This document shows, piece after piece, positions 17,643-27,664 of a DNA stretch of 38,919 bases (positions are counted from its first letter, which is position 1; each line of letters opens with the position of its first letter). The notes beneath the pieces were generated by a model, which saw only the letters and a list, made by a program, of their open reading frames with translations, ran no database searches and was not told where the DNA came from. Source of the stretch: Promethearchaeota archaeon (GTDB lineage: Archaea > Asgardarchaeota > Lokiarchaeia > Sigyniarchaeales > SOKP01); assembly GCA_018238625.1 (NCBI GenBank), contig JABCSY010000033.1, forward strand, positions 1 to 38,919, written 5' to 3'. Position numbers and translations under genes: made by a program.

Positions 17643-18890
17643 GTGTGGAATATGACTTTTTTTACAGACGAAATAATGCAGCGTATTAGATATCTGCATT
17701 ATAAAATAAAGAAAATTGAAGAAGCTTTAGAAAAGGAAGAAGAAAATTTTAATTTAGACGATTTAAACCTTGTTTTAGAGTACACTAAAATTTTAAACAT
17801 TAACTATCAAAATGAAGACCAAAATAAAATTTTAAAGGATTTAGACATCACACCATCTTTTTTAGAACCTTTAGACAACAATAAGGAAATTCAGATAAGA
17901 GATTTAATGTTTGAGTGTGCCCGTACTTTATGGGTGATGGCAAGGGGCTATTCCCATATCTCAGAAAAGTTTGAAGATGAGGAGGATTGGGAGGATGCGA
18001 TAATAGCGATGGTGGAATGCAGTAAAATGTATAAAACGGCTGCCTATTTTAGTGCTGCAGCAATTAATCAGACAGAATTAGGAGAGACTCTATCGTCTGA
18101 AAATCTCGAATTGAATTCAGAGGAATCTCGAATTTTAGCACAAAGCATTGCTGCATTAAAGGAAGAAAATTCTTACAATATTTATTTCTCTTCAAAATTA
18201 TATGCGGGATTAAGCGCATTATCAAAAAGATTATTTTATTTGAAAAAACACGAAGAAAAGAAAAAGCAACAACTTAGAGCTCAATTTCACTTTGATATGG
18301 GTAAAGCTTGCAATCTTAAAGCTCAAGCTTCTTTAGAATCTTCGATTACAAATATTAATAAAGATAAAGTTAGAAAGTTACAACAAAAAGCAAATTTCTA
18401 TTACGAAAAATCCAAAGAAATCTGGAATGAAATGCTTCAAGATATATCAGATTTATCAAGCGAAGAAAAAAACAACATTGACGGCAATTTAGCTATTGTT
18501 TCGGATATAATGAAGCAAAATAAAATGGATAGTTTAAATTACGACGAGATTAAAAGAATTCAGGATCCTGAACCAATTATTATTATCCCCGAAAATTTAG
18601 CACCATTCGTTCCAAAGAGCACTATTTATTTAACCAAATTTGTACCTAAGGATTTAAACATTAAAAGGTTCAAATCGTTTCAAAAAAGGAAATTGGAACA
18701 AAAGATTCCTTATAGTAAGCGAGAGCGATTGATAGACAAAAAAGCTGGCATCGTAAGAACTATTAGCGAATTAAAAGTGCTAAAAGGTAACAATGAAATT
18801 GATGTGGAAAAATTTGCGGAACTGATGGAAAAATATTCAACCAAAATGAAGATGTGCGACACCGCATTAGGAAATTTAGCTAAACTGTAA
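17643..18890 (+). CDS. Hypothetical alpha-helical (TPR/SNAP-like) protein
   Basis: 415-aa ORF with Ala/Tyr-patterned amphipathic helices; no catalytic motif recognised. Confidence 0.7.
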   Translation: MWNMTFFTDEIMQRIRYLHYKIKKIEEALEKEEENFNLDDLNLVLEYTKILNINYQNEDQNKILKDLDITPSFLEPLDNNKEIQIRDLMFECARTLWVMARGYSHISEKFEDEEDWEDAIIAMVECSKMYKTAAYFSAAAINQTELGETLSSENLELNSEESRILAQSIAALKEENSYNIYFSSKLYAGLSALSKRLFYLKKHEEKKKQQLRAQFHFDMGKACNLKAQASLESSITNINKDKVRKLQQKANFYYEKSKEIWNEMLQDISDLSSEEKNNIDGNLAIVSDIMKQNKMDSLNYDEIKRIQDPEPIIIIPENLAPFVPKSTIYLTKFVPKDLNIKRFKSFQKRKLEQKIPYSKRERLIDKKAGIVRTISELKVLKGNNEIDVEKFAELMEKYSTKMKMCDTALGNLAKL

Positions 18891-18949
18891 TTCAAGAGAA
18901 AAAATATTTTTATCTAAAATTTTTTATTATTCTGATTTTAACAATCTTG

Positions 18950-19423
18950 TTAAGGTTCTAAGTATAATTTACGGTTTTTTTCTAATTCAAACTTTCTTTC
19001 AGCTTCAGTTATAAAGAGAAGGTCATAAACTTCTTTAAATACAACCCCAAGTAACATTGTATTTATAATGAGATTTAAGTAAACTATCATTACTTGCAAC
19101 TCGTGCAAATCAAGAAACAAAAGTGAGAAAAATATAAGATATAAGGGTGAATAGACTAAAGATACGATTCCAATCCTTTTTCCAAATTTAAAAACGTGCT
19201 TGTCTTCCAGTTTAAAAACTTTTTCTAATCTTAACGCTTCTATTATGTAGTAGATGCTAAAACTCATATTTAATACCGTCAATATAACGATGAAATCTCT
19301 TTCTTTAGGTTCCAAGGCAATGTAGGGTTTTAAAACAATTGAACCTATTAAAAAAGTAAGCGACATAATAAATTGAATTAACGATATTGACAATAACCCG
19401 TCGTGAAAGTCTTTATAATCCAT
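18950..19423 (-). CDS. Hypothetical 4-TM membrane protein
   Basis: 157-aa ORF with four hydrophobic segments. Confidence 0.75.
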   Translation of the reverse strand: MDYKDFHDGLLSISLIQFIMSLTFLIGSIVLKPYIALEPKERDFIVILTVLNMSFSIYYIIEALRLEKVFKLEDKHVFKFGKRIGIVSLVYSPLYLIFFSLLFLDLHELQVMIVYLNLIINTMLLGVVFKEVYDLLFITEAERKFELEKNRKLYLEP

Positions 19424-19539
19424 TTTTTATTCAAATCTAAATTTAAGAATATTTGATATCAATTATTTTTACATTTTTAAAATTGAAATTTTATTAAAGA
19501 TAAAAACAAAAGATATATTAATAGTTTTGATAAATTAAA

Positions 19540-21243
19540 GTGCATCTAATGAGTTCTTTAAATAACGAAGAAATTGAAAAATTAAAATTAACACACCCTA
19601 AAAAGCGAATCTTGCGCTTTATTTTTCTATTTATTGGACTTTTTATAATGTTTTTAGGATTTTTATTCTTATTTACGGGATTTGATTTTGGAATAACCCT
19701 CGAAGGTTTTAATCTCTCACTAATTGTAAGCATCTTAATTATTATATTTGGGGGTATAATTACTTCGAAATATTATATAACGCCCTACTATATACGGGAA
19801 AATTCTTTAACTTTTAAAACGATGCGTGATTTAAGAGAACCGGTTGAAGATTATGTGAATTTTAATTCAATTACGCTAACAAGAGGTATAGCTGCATTAC
19901 TTTTAATTATTGTTGGCATATATTCTTTTCTTATATTCGGAGCTGATATTGGTCACGAAGTAAAATATGGGAGCGCTGTATTCCTTGGTGGTCCATCGTG
20001 GTTTTACGTTACTGGCCTTCCAATGCTAGGAATTGGGCTGGGATTACTAATATATCTTCTATTGAGTCCTTTTTGGGGAGTGTTCTCTAAATCTAAGAAT
20101 TTTCTTTTCTTTAACGAAATAAGACCTGGGTTTCCGTGGTTAACGGAAATTCCAAGGAAAGATATTGAAGTACTTCGATATCAAAATAATCACGCGGGCC
20201 CGAAATTAGCTTGGATTATAATAATGATTCCCTTTATCGTTTTACAACTTATGACAGCAATCCCCTTATTTGCTGCTGAAAGGGCAGGACCTGAATTTGT
20301 TCTTTCTTGGACTTTTGTCGTTATTTCTATTTTAGACATTCTTGCCTTGATTATTTTGGTTATGTTTCAGCAAAACTATTTTGAAATCGCTACAAAGGAG
20401 AGACTTTATGAAATGTGGTTTTCTCCCGTGAAATTAAGAAAACAATCTCAGTTCAAGGAGGATTTTAGCACATATTTAGATTGCAATCCAGATTTACGAG
20501 AAGGGGAGGAATTAAATAAGAATGCTTTATTTTCAGATGTAAGTACTACTAATTTTCAATTATTCAAATTAGTCTTTGGGTTGTTTTTAATAATATTTGC
20601 AATAGTTATGCTAACGCAGATGTTATTTTTTGGTCCTTTAATTTGGTGGATCTCCTTAATGTATGGCTTAATGCTACTCGTAAAATCTCTGTTTTACGAT
20701 TTTAGTAGTAAAGATGGAGATATACTACAGTTTGACGAAGAATTAAAGAAGTTTAGGTTTAAAAGATCTTTTTACTATAAATTCCACTATGTTGCCGCAA
20801 ATAATGTAGAGTCGATCAATGTGAGAAAGTGGTACAGAAAATTAGATTTCTTTGATATATTTGGAATAAGCGGATTACTGACATTTATGACGATTCAACA
20901 AGTAGAAGGGTGGGTAATTGCTGATACAATGGGTTTAATAATTGATAACCTTCTAGGCACTTCTTTATTGTGTGTGGTGATAGTTTTTATAATATTATAT
21001 TTATGTCTTCCAATCGATGTTGTCGAATTTAAAACCGCGTCAATAACCTATAGAATTCCAATTACTTTAGATTTAAAAGAAAACCGTCTTATCAATAAAT
21101 ATCTAAAGAATCTGAAAGTTTTCCCTAAGGAAGTTCTAAAACCCGACATGAAAAAAACTTTTTTAGTAAGAATGGGCTTTATAGGTGCCTTCATTATTGG
21201 AGCTTTAATATATATAGCAATTTATTTTGCTTTTTCATTTTAA
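19540..21243 (+). CDS. Large hypothetical multi-pass membrane protein
   Basis: TM hairpins alternating with short beta-rich soluble segments. Confidence 0.8.
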   Translation: MHLMSSLNNEEIEKLKLTHPKKRILRFIFLFIGLFIMFLGFLFLFTGFDFGITLEGFNLSLIVSILIIIFGGIITSKYYITPYYIRENSLTFKTMRDLREPVEDYVNFNSITLTRGIAALLLIIVGIYSFLIFGADIGHEVKYGSAVFLGGPSWFYVTGLPMLGIGLGLLIYLLLSPFWGVFSKSKNFLFFNEIRPGFPWLTEIPRKDIEVLRYQNNHAGPKLAWIIIMIPFIVLQLMTAIPLFAAERAGPEFVLSWTFVVISILDILALIILVMFQQNYFEIATKERLYEMWFSPVKLRKQSQFKEDFSTYLDCNPDLREGEELNKNALFSDVSTTNFQLFKLVFGLFLIIFAIVMLTQMLFFGPLIWWISLMYGLMLLVKSLFYDFSSKDGDILQFDEELKKFRFKRSFYYKFHYVAANNVESINVRKWYRKLDFFDIFGISGLLTFMTIQQVEGWVIADTMGLIIDNLLGTSLLCVVIVFIILYLCLPIDVVEFKTASITYRIPITLDLKENRLINKYLKNLKVFPKEVLKPDMKKTFLVRMGFIGAFIIGALIYIAIYFAFSF

Positions 21244-21273
21244 AATTACTTTTATATCTAATAATAAGTTTTA

Positions 21274-21567
21274 GTGCATATGTCTGCTGACCAATTAAAA
21301 TTAGGCATTTTTATAAAGAATCAATTTTCAGATTTAATTTATATTAACAGTATTATTGCTACGGAATTAATGAAAATTACGGAAAATTTAGCCGCATTAA
21401 GGCACGGAGAGGAATTTTTGAAAAAAAGTAGTTGTTTACGCGAACACAACGCCTTAAATCGGGAAATCTTAGGCATTTTAGATAAATATTATAAAACTCC
21501 AAACGAAATTGCAAGAAAAGAGCGTTTAGAGAAACACGTTTTGAACCATTTGGAGGACAATAAATAA
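21274..21567 (+). CDS. Hypothetical protein
   Basis: 97-aa ORF, 1 nt upstream of the IscU-like gene. Confidence 0.7.
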   Translation: MHMSADQLKLGIFIKNQFSDLIYINSIIATELMKITENLAALRHGEEFLKKSSCLREHNALNREILGILDKYYKTPNEIARKERLEKHVLNHLEDNK

Positions 21568-21568
21568 C

Positions 21569-22009
21569 TTGCCTAAAGATGAGGATGGTTTTGATAAGTT
21601 TGTTGAGAAACTCCAACAAGAGATAATAGATGAAGAGACTAAAGCTTTTAACAAATATGTTGTTGAATTATATCATAATCCAAAAAATTGGGGAATCCCG
21701 TCTAATTTCACAGATTCCCATTCGTATAAAGGACCGTGTAACGACACCATGGAATTTTTTTTAACAATTAAAGATGGTATAATTGAAAAAGCACATTTCT
21801 ATACAGATGGTTGCGGCGCGACAGTAGCAACAGGGAGTCAAACTACATTACTTATTGAAGGAAAATCTATTGAATTTGCAGAGAATTTGAAACCAGAAGA
21901 TATCGATCGCGAGTTACACGGTTTACCGGACGATCATAAACACTGTTTAGAATTAACTGTGAGAACTTTGAAGAGTCTAATTGAAAAATATAAAAACAAT
22001 AAGGTTTAA
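21569..22009 (+). CDS. IscU/NifU-like Fe-S scaffold protein
   Basis: HNPKNWG, GPCNDTM, DGCGAT, LPDDHKHC (three conserved Cys). Confidence 0.92.
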   Translation: MPKDEDGFDKFVEKLQQEIIDEETKAFNKYVVELYHNPKNWGIPSNFTDSHSYKGPCNDTMEFFLTIKDGIIEKAHFYTDGCGATVATGSQTTLLIEGKSIEFAENLKPEDIDRELHGLPDDHKHCLELTVRTLKSLIEKYKNNKV

Positions 22010-22020
22010 TTAATCTTAGC

Positions 22021-22740
22021 ATGACTAGTGTAGAAATAGAAAACATAGAAATTCCGATAAAATCTGATAACATAGAGCTCAAAGGGTCAATTTATTACTC
22101 CTTGAATACGCCTCCAAAAGCCCCTTTTATAATAAACCTTGCAGGATTATTAGATCATAGAGAAAGTTATTTTGTAAAGTTGTTCACAGAAAAGTTTGCA
22201 AGTGCTGGATTCTACGTCTTATCGTATGATTACCGCGCACATGGAGAGACTAAAAAGCAAACGGGTTCAAGATGGGACAAAATGGTCGTAAAAATATTTT
22301 CTGATATTGAAGAAGTCATTAATTGGATTGTCAACGAGCAATCAAAAAGATTATTAGACGATAAGATTGCTTTGTTTGGCAGAAGTTTGGGAGGAGCAAT
22401 AATTTTAACTCACGGGTTTCTTGACGTGAGGGTAAAAAAGTTAATAGCACTGTGTACTCGCTATGATTATATAACAACAAGGATAAGATTCCCTGATGAG
22501 ACAATTAAACTGATAAGCCCTAAATATTATTTGAATAAATTTCCGAAAAATGATGAGAGAATCTTGATTGCCCATTGTAAAGACGATCAAAGAATTCCAT
22601 TCAAGAATTTAGACCAAATAAGAACCCATCTTGGATTAAAGAAGGAAAATGTGGTACAATTCGAAACGGGGGGTCATTCATTTAAAAATCATAGAGACGA
22701 AATTTTCAAGATTTCTCTTGAGTTTTTAAAAAAATTATAA
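22021..22740 (+). CDS. Alpha/beta hydrolase
   Basis: DYRAHGE, GRSLGG nucleophile elbow, HCKDDQRIP, GGHSF. Confidence 0.9.
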   Translation: MTSVEIENIEIPIKSDNIELKGSIYYSLNTPPKAPFIINLAGLLDHRESYFVKLFTEKFASAGFYVLSYDYRAHGETKKQTGSRWDKMVVKIFSDIEEVINWIVNEQSKRLLDDKIALFGRSLGGAIILTHGFLDVRVKKLIALCTRYDYITTRIRFPDETIKLISPKYYLNKFPKNDERILIAHCKDDQRIPFKNLDQIRTHLGLKKENVVQFETGGHSFKNHRDEIFKISLEFLKKL

Positions 22741-22778
22741 GAAAGAATTCATTAATTAAAATGTTAAATTCCCAATAG

Positions 22779-23702
22779 ATGAAGTGGTACTTTATGGAAA
22801 AAATTCTTATTGTAGGTCCAGCGTCTCAAATGCTAGGAGTTAAGATTGCTAAAGAATTAAGTATTGAATCGATAAATACAGAATTTAAAACTTTTCCTGA
22901 TGGAGAGAATTATCTAAGAATTAACATTGAAGATGAAACTATAATAGAAGGAAAAGCAGTCATCATCGTTCAATCAACAGGACCAAATTTTTGCGGCAAC
23001 CAAAATTCAAGACTAATTGAACTAATAATGATGGTAGATTCCGTTAAACGAATGGGGGCAAGCAGAATAACCATTGTCGTACCTTATCTTGCTTATGCTA
23101 GACAAGATAAAGTATTTAGACCTGGTGAATGCCCTTTTGCTCATGTAATTATACGTATGATTAATTCATTAAGCATAGATGAATTTTACACTGTTGATGT
23201 TCATGCTCCTGAAATTTTAGAAAATTTATCGTGTAAAGTAATTAATATCGATTCAATGAAGATATTAGCAGATTATATAAAGTCGTTAAGTGATAAAGAC
23301 ATTGTTGTTGTTTCACCTGATAAAGGCGCAGTTGAAAGATCTAAAGCTTTTGCAAAACATTTTGGAGACAATGTACCTGTTGATTATTTTGAGAAAATTC
23401 GCAATGTTAAAACCGGAGAAATAACTATGACGGGCAATTTAAGTTTGAAAAACAAAGATGTAGTCATTGCAGATGATATTATTGCAACTGGAGGAACAAT
23501 GGCAACAGCAATCAGATTATCTAAAGATAGTGGAGCTAAAAAAGTATTTGCTGTGGCAACTCACGCTTTAATGCTGCAACATGCGAAATATCGCATCTTA
23601 AAAGCTGGAGCAGATTATATCATAGGTACAGATTCGATTGATAACGAAGTAGCTAAGGTATCTTTAGCTAAAACTATAGCAGATTATTTAAAGTTCGATT
23701 AA
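22779..23702 (+). CDS. prs: Ribose-phosphate pyrophosphokinase
   Basis: FPDGE, PYLAYARQDK, VSPDKGA, DDIIATGGT, ATHA; true start may be the downstream MEKIL ATG. Confidence 0.96.
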   Translation: MKWYFMEKILIVGPASQMLGVKIAKELSIESINTEFKTFPDGENYLRINIEDETIIEGKAVIIVQSTGPNFCGNQNSRLIELIMMVDSVKRMGASRITIVVPYLAYARQDKVFRPGECPFAHVIIRMINSLSIDEFYTVDVHAPEILENLSCKVINIDSMKILADYIKSLSDKDIVVVSPDKGAVERSKAFAKHFGDNVPVDYFEKIRNVKTGEITMTGNLSLKNKDVVIADDIIATGGTMATAIRLSKDSGAKKVFAVATHALMLQHAKYRILKAGADYIIGTDSIDNEVAKVSLAKTIADYLKFD

Positions 23703-23708
23703 AAACCT

Positions 23709-24251
23709 CTAATAATTCTTAATTATTTCTAAAACTATCTCTCTCGATATTTTTTTTAATTCTTCTTCAGAAGAATCGTTCATAATTTTGTAGTTGGCTT
23801 TTTTTATTACTTTTTTAAGACCAAATCCTAACTCTCGTTTATCCCGTTTCATAATTTCAATAAAAGTCTTTGAATCGTCGCTACGTGCACGCTTTTTTAT
23901 CCTTTTAAATCGCAAATCATCACTAGTTTCAATAGCAACAACCGGAAATTTCCAATACCTACGAAATATTTTTATTTCAGATAGAGATCTTATCCCATCC
24001 ACGAAAACTACTTCGTTTGTGTGGTTTTTAATCATCTCAACCGATTTTTCTGCCACAATCGCATCACCCCCTCGTTCTCTTAATTCTTTGGCTATTTTAC
24101 CCAAATTTTCGTTATTAGGCTCAATATTATTATTTATAGCCTCTTTTCTAATCACATCGCCCATCGTTATTATTATTCCTAAATCTTCAATCGCAATTAA
24201 AGCAGTTGATTTACCAGAACCAGGAAGCCCGCAAAATCCAATAACTTTCAT
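23709..24251 (-). CDS. P-loop kinase, archaeal UPF0200/dephospho-CoA kinase-like
   Basis: GLPGSGKS, MGDVIR, VDGIRS..E, R.RSDD, RD.REL.FG. Confidence 0.88.
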   Translation of the reverse strand: MKVIGFCGLPGSGKSTALIAIEDLGIIITMGDVIRKEAINNNIEPNNENLGKIAKELRERGGDAIVAEKSVEMIKNHTNEVVFVDGIRSLSEIKIFRRYWKFPVVAIETSDDLRFKRIKKRARSDDSKTFIEIMKRDKRELGFGLKKVIKKANYKIMNDSSEEELKKISREIVLEIIKNY

Positions 24252-24352
24252 AACTTTTTAAAATGTTTTTCGAATTATTATAAAAAGACTATAAAAGAAT
24301 AAAAACCATTAATTTATAATTAATTTGTCAAAATACTATATAAATTGATTAT

Positions 24353-25609
24353 TTGATGAGCGGAAGAAACACTAGTAATAATGATGTAGATGACAATATC
24401 GCTGAACAAAACGAAATCGAGAAAAAAGATAGTGAAACATTGACTTCTAAATCAGATAATACTATTGAATTATCAACAAAAGAACACCGTATTCAAAAAT
24501 ATGGTATTGATCCAGCGGAAACACCTATTTTTCTTTCATATAACGCATATAGGCGAATTATCGGCTACGCAATGCGATATGGAAATAAAGATTTACCTCA
24601 AAAAGATTGGCGTGAAGTTTATGGAATTCTAATAGGCTCGATAAAAGATAATAAGGAAGTTATAATTCACGATGCGATACCTGTCATGGTTGGAGACCGT
24701 GCATATGTTGAATATAAAAGCAAACATTACGTAGATACAGCACAATTTAACACGGCCGTCTACGAAAGATCTATCCAAGATGATAAAGAAGATTTCTTTG
24801 TAGGGTGGTGGCATACTCACCCAGGTTTTGGTTTTATATTTTCGCCTAGAGATATTGAAACGCAACTGTTTTACCAAGGTGTAAATCCTTTTGCTATAGC
24901 TTTAGTGTTTGATCATACTGAAATAGAGTCTAGTACTTATTACTTAGGTGTAGCGGGAATTAGGCTAAAGAACCCCGATAGAGGCATGTTTGCTACTTAT
25001 TCTAATACTATAAAACTAAATTTTGAATTAAGTAAAGAAAAAATGGTAAGAAACGCTGAAAAAGAAGTTAAAAAAATTTTTAAAAACATGAAAAATGTTT
25101 TAAAGGAAGTTAAGTATATCGATGATATTTTACGACGAAGATATTTGGCTCAGCTCCAGAGAAATTTTGGGCTCATTATGATCTTGAAAAGAGAAATTAA
25201 ATTAACTGACGACAAAAAAGAAGCTGAAGAGGATGACTATTACTTATACGAATGGGATCCTGATATTGACAAAAAGATTTATAGAATCCCTAAATTTAGA
25301 GAAAAAATAGAAAAAGAATTTAAAAAATGCGAAGATAGTTTAATTCAGATAAAGAAAACTAATCAAATGGAAGATTTTGAACAAAAGAAAGATAAATTTA
25401 AAAAAAAAATTAAAGCAATGCTAGACAAACCAAATGAATGGCACAAAAAACTAATGAACGAGTTTACTAAGCGTATTGAAGTTATTTCTCTTTTATTTGA
25501 TTATCTAGATACAGATGAAAGGAAAATAATTGAACACTTTGAGGAAAGAAGTTCTGAATATAAAAAGATATTAGATGATCTTAATTCTCGTTCAGAATTT
25601 AATATTTGA
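24353..25609 (+). CDS. JAMM/MPN+ metalloprotease (Rpn11/CSN5-like) with helical C-terminal extension
   Basis: REVYGILIG (catalytic E) and VGWWHTHPGFGFIFSPRDIETQ = HxH-x7-S-x2-D. Confidence 0.9.
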   Translation: MMSGRNTSNNDVDDNIAEQNEIEKKDSETLTSKSDNTIELSTKEHRIQKYGIDPAETPIFLSYNAYRRIIGYAMRYGNKDLPQKDWREVYGILIGSIKDNKEVIIHDAIPVMVGDRAYVEYKSKHYVDTAQFNTAVYERSIQDDKEDFFVGWWHTHPGFGFIFSPRDIETQLFYQGVNPFAIALVFDHTEIESSTYYLGVAGIRLKNPDRGMFATYSNTIKLNFELSKEKMVRNAEKEVKKIFKNMKNVLKEVKYIDDILRRRYLAQLQRNFGLIMILKREIKLTDDKKEAEEDDYYLYEWDPDIDKKIYRIPKFREKIEKEFKKCEDSLIQIKKTNQMEDFEQKKDKFKKKIKAMLDKPNEWHKKLMNEFTKRIEVISLLFDYLDTDERKIIEHFEERSSEYKKILDDLNSRSEFNI

Positions 25610-25739
25610 ACTTCTAATTCTCTCAAATTTTTTAAGATTTCAAAGTCTTGAATTTGAATAAATTTTATATTACTTGGAGTATATTTAATCTTAATCTGCT
25701 TTTAAATTAAACTTTAAAACAAACTTAACATATTCTTTC

Positions 25740-26084
25740 ATGCCTAGTTATACAACACATATAATAATAAGAAATCGCGCAGATAAAGAAAAAACAATAA
25801 AAGAAGCTATTTTTGCTTTTTCAGGTGGTACTAAATCGCTATTAATAAAAGGAGAAGGCGAAGAGATTTCTACCGCAGTTGAAGTAGCAGAAATTGTAAG
25901 AAATCGCATGTATCCCTCAGTAGAAATAGAGAATGTTTCACTGGGAAGTCGACCTTATTTCGAAAAAAGACAGCAAGGTAATTATAGAAGAAATAACGAT
26001 TTTAGAAGAAATAACTCGAATAATCGAAATAAAAAGGATTTAATTAGTAAAATTGAAATTACAATTTCAAAATCAAAGATCTAA
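25740..26084 (+). CDS. Alba-family nucleic-acid-binding protein (divergent)
   Basis: IKGEGEEISTAVEVAEIVRNR...IENVSLGS...ISKIEITI follows the Alba pattern. Confidence 0.8.
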   Translation: MPSYTTHIIIRNRADKEKTIKEAIFAFSGGTKSLLIKGEGEEISTAVEVAEIVRNRMYPSVEIENVSLGSRPYFEKRQQGNYRRNNDFRRNNSNNRNKKDLISKIEITISKSKI

Positions 26085-26093
26085 ACTTAATTT

Positions 26094-26267
26094 ATGACAT
26101 TTGACAATTTAGGTCCGTTACTTAACGAAACACGGACCACAACTTTGTGCGCAGTATGCGGCGATTATATTTATCAAAGAATTTATCAAGACGAAAATTC
26201 AAAAAATAAAGAGAAAAAAATCTTCGTTTGTAAAAATTGTTTGAGAAATAAAGAGAAGAAAAAGTAA
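26094..26267 (+). CDS. 57-aa zinc-finger microprotein
   Basis: Not in ORF track: MTFDNLGPLLNETRTTTLCAVCGDYIYQRIYQDENSKNKEKKIFVCKNCLRNKEKKK; two CxxC; 9 nt after Alba stop. Confidence 0.8.
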   Translation: MTFDNLGPLLNETRTTTLCAVCGDYIYQRIYQDENSKNKEKKIFVCKNCLRNKEKKK

Positions 26268-26281
26268 ACTCCCAATTTTAT

Positions 26282-27103
26282 TTATTCGAGCTCTGAATTT
26301 TTCTCGCTTCCTTTATCAAGATATTTATCCCAAGGAAATTGCAAAATGAATTGCATAACTGCTAGAGTAAGTAATAACATTATAGATTCTGTTATTACGC
26401 TCGAGATATCATTAAGTTCAATTCCCGTAGCACTATATCCAAGTAAAATTAATAAAGGGAAAATTACATAGAATAAAGTGGTGATATTCTTTCCTGCCCA
26501 GGCCCATATAATGCATCTAGAGAAATGTATTTTTTTATCTGACATCCCTAAAGCTATCCACAGAGGGTCGTCGGGAATTGGCAGAGCTGCGGCAACAAAT
26601 ATGTACAAATGCATGGTTTTTGGGTGATCTAATACAAGCCTGCCGAATCCTTGTATGTTTTCAAGTGTTTGTGAGTGAGTTCTATTAGCAATTTTTTTTG
26701 CGCCAATTCCTATCAAAAAGCCTACAAGTTCGCCTATTGCGCTCCCTAACCCACCAACAACAGCTATTCCTAGTATTTCTAACCAAAAAGGACCAATTAA
26801 AAGTACTTCGCTCAAGGTCAATCCTGCAATTGAATATTTAAGGTAAATAGAATTCGAAAAAGAAAAAAGAATAAAGGGATAGGGGATAGGAAACCCTATG
26901 CTAGCGTTTCCTATAAGACAAATGAAAAAAGAGATTAAAAGTGCTATTATATAATCGGAACCGTTTGAAAGTCCGGTAATATCGTGCCTTGACAGAATGA
27001 TTGCTTGTTGAATCTCTGGAACTGTTAAGAACAAGGTTAAATAAATAATAACCCCTAAGTAGAAAAGAGTGAAAACAAATGTTAATTTTTTCGAGATAGT
27101 CAT
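26282..27103 (-). CDS. DedA/VTT (SNARE-associated) family membrane protein
   Basis: FPIPY, GLGSAIGELVGFLIG, FVAAALPIPDD...G, AGK. Confidence 0.82.
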   Translation of the reverse strand: MTISKKLTFVFTLFYLGVIIYLTLFLTVPEIQQAIILSRHDITGLSNGSDYIIALLISFFICLIGNASIGFPIPYPFILFSFSNSIYLKYSIAGLTLSEVLLIGPFWLEILGIAVVGGLGSAIGELVGFLIGIGAKKIANRTHSQTLENIQGFGRLVLDHPKTMHLYIFVAAALPIPDDPLWIALGMSDKKIHFSRCIIWAWAGKNITTLFYVIFPLLILLGYSATGIELNDISSVITESIMLLLTLAVMQFILQFPWDKYLDKGSEKNSELE

Positions 27104-27131
27104 TTAATTCTCCTTGATTTCTCTTTTAAAG

Positions 27132-27521
27132 CTATTTCACTCTGGAGAGCTTAGTCCCTAAACCATTTCTAGCTTGTAGAAAAAATTCTATATTTTCCGT
27201 TACTTTTCCAACCTTATTTACTTTATTTGGCATTTCTGTACTTTCTAAAAGGATTGTCAATTCATCCGTTTTTGGATTGTAGATAATATCTCCTTTTTCA
27301 ACGATTTTAATTGATTTCGAGTTATGGCCTTTAGATAGTTCCAAACCTGGAAGTGTCCAATAATTTTTTGCTCCAAAACTAAATCGGCCTTTTAAAACAA
27401 AGGGCATCTTATTTAGAATAGCATCGGCAGATAATGGGGCATAATGTCGAATAATATTAGCAATTACGCTCCCAATCCCGATGAGATCAATTTTGATGGA
27501 TATTATTCCACTATCAGACAT
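27132..27521 (-). CDS. Cyclophilin-like fold protein (DUF369-like)
   Basis: RHYAPLSADAIL.KMPF, VEKGDIIYNP, VNKVGKV. Confidence 0.7.
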   Translation of the reverse strand: MSDSGIISIKIDLIGIGSVIANIIRHYAPLSADAILNKMPFVLKGRFSFGAKNYWTLPGLELSKGHNSKSIKIVEKGDIIYNPKTDELTILLESTEMPNKVNKVGKVTENIEFFLQARNGLGTKLSRVK

Positions 27522-27634
27522 AATCGTTCAATGATTTGTATACTGTAATTTATCTTATTTTGAAAGATAACTTTCAGATTTATTAAACTTTCTGTTATGA
27601 AAAGAGTTAGTTAGTAATGAAATTAATAATAACA

Positions 27635-27642
27635 TTTAAATA
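27635..27642 (+). promoter_or_regulatory. TATA box of the candidate RNA gene
   Basis: TTTAAATA ending ~23 nt before the 5' arm of the closing helix (27665), typical archaeal spacing. Confidence 0.6.
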
Positions 27643-27664
27643 GTCATTTTGTCATATAAATAGT

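Noticed and set aside
23794-24261. 155-aa + strand ORF
   Set aside because: Antisense shadow of the P-loop kinase
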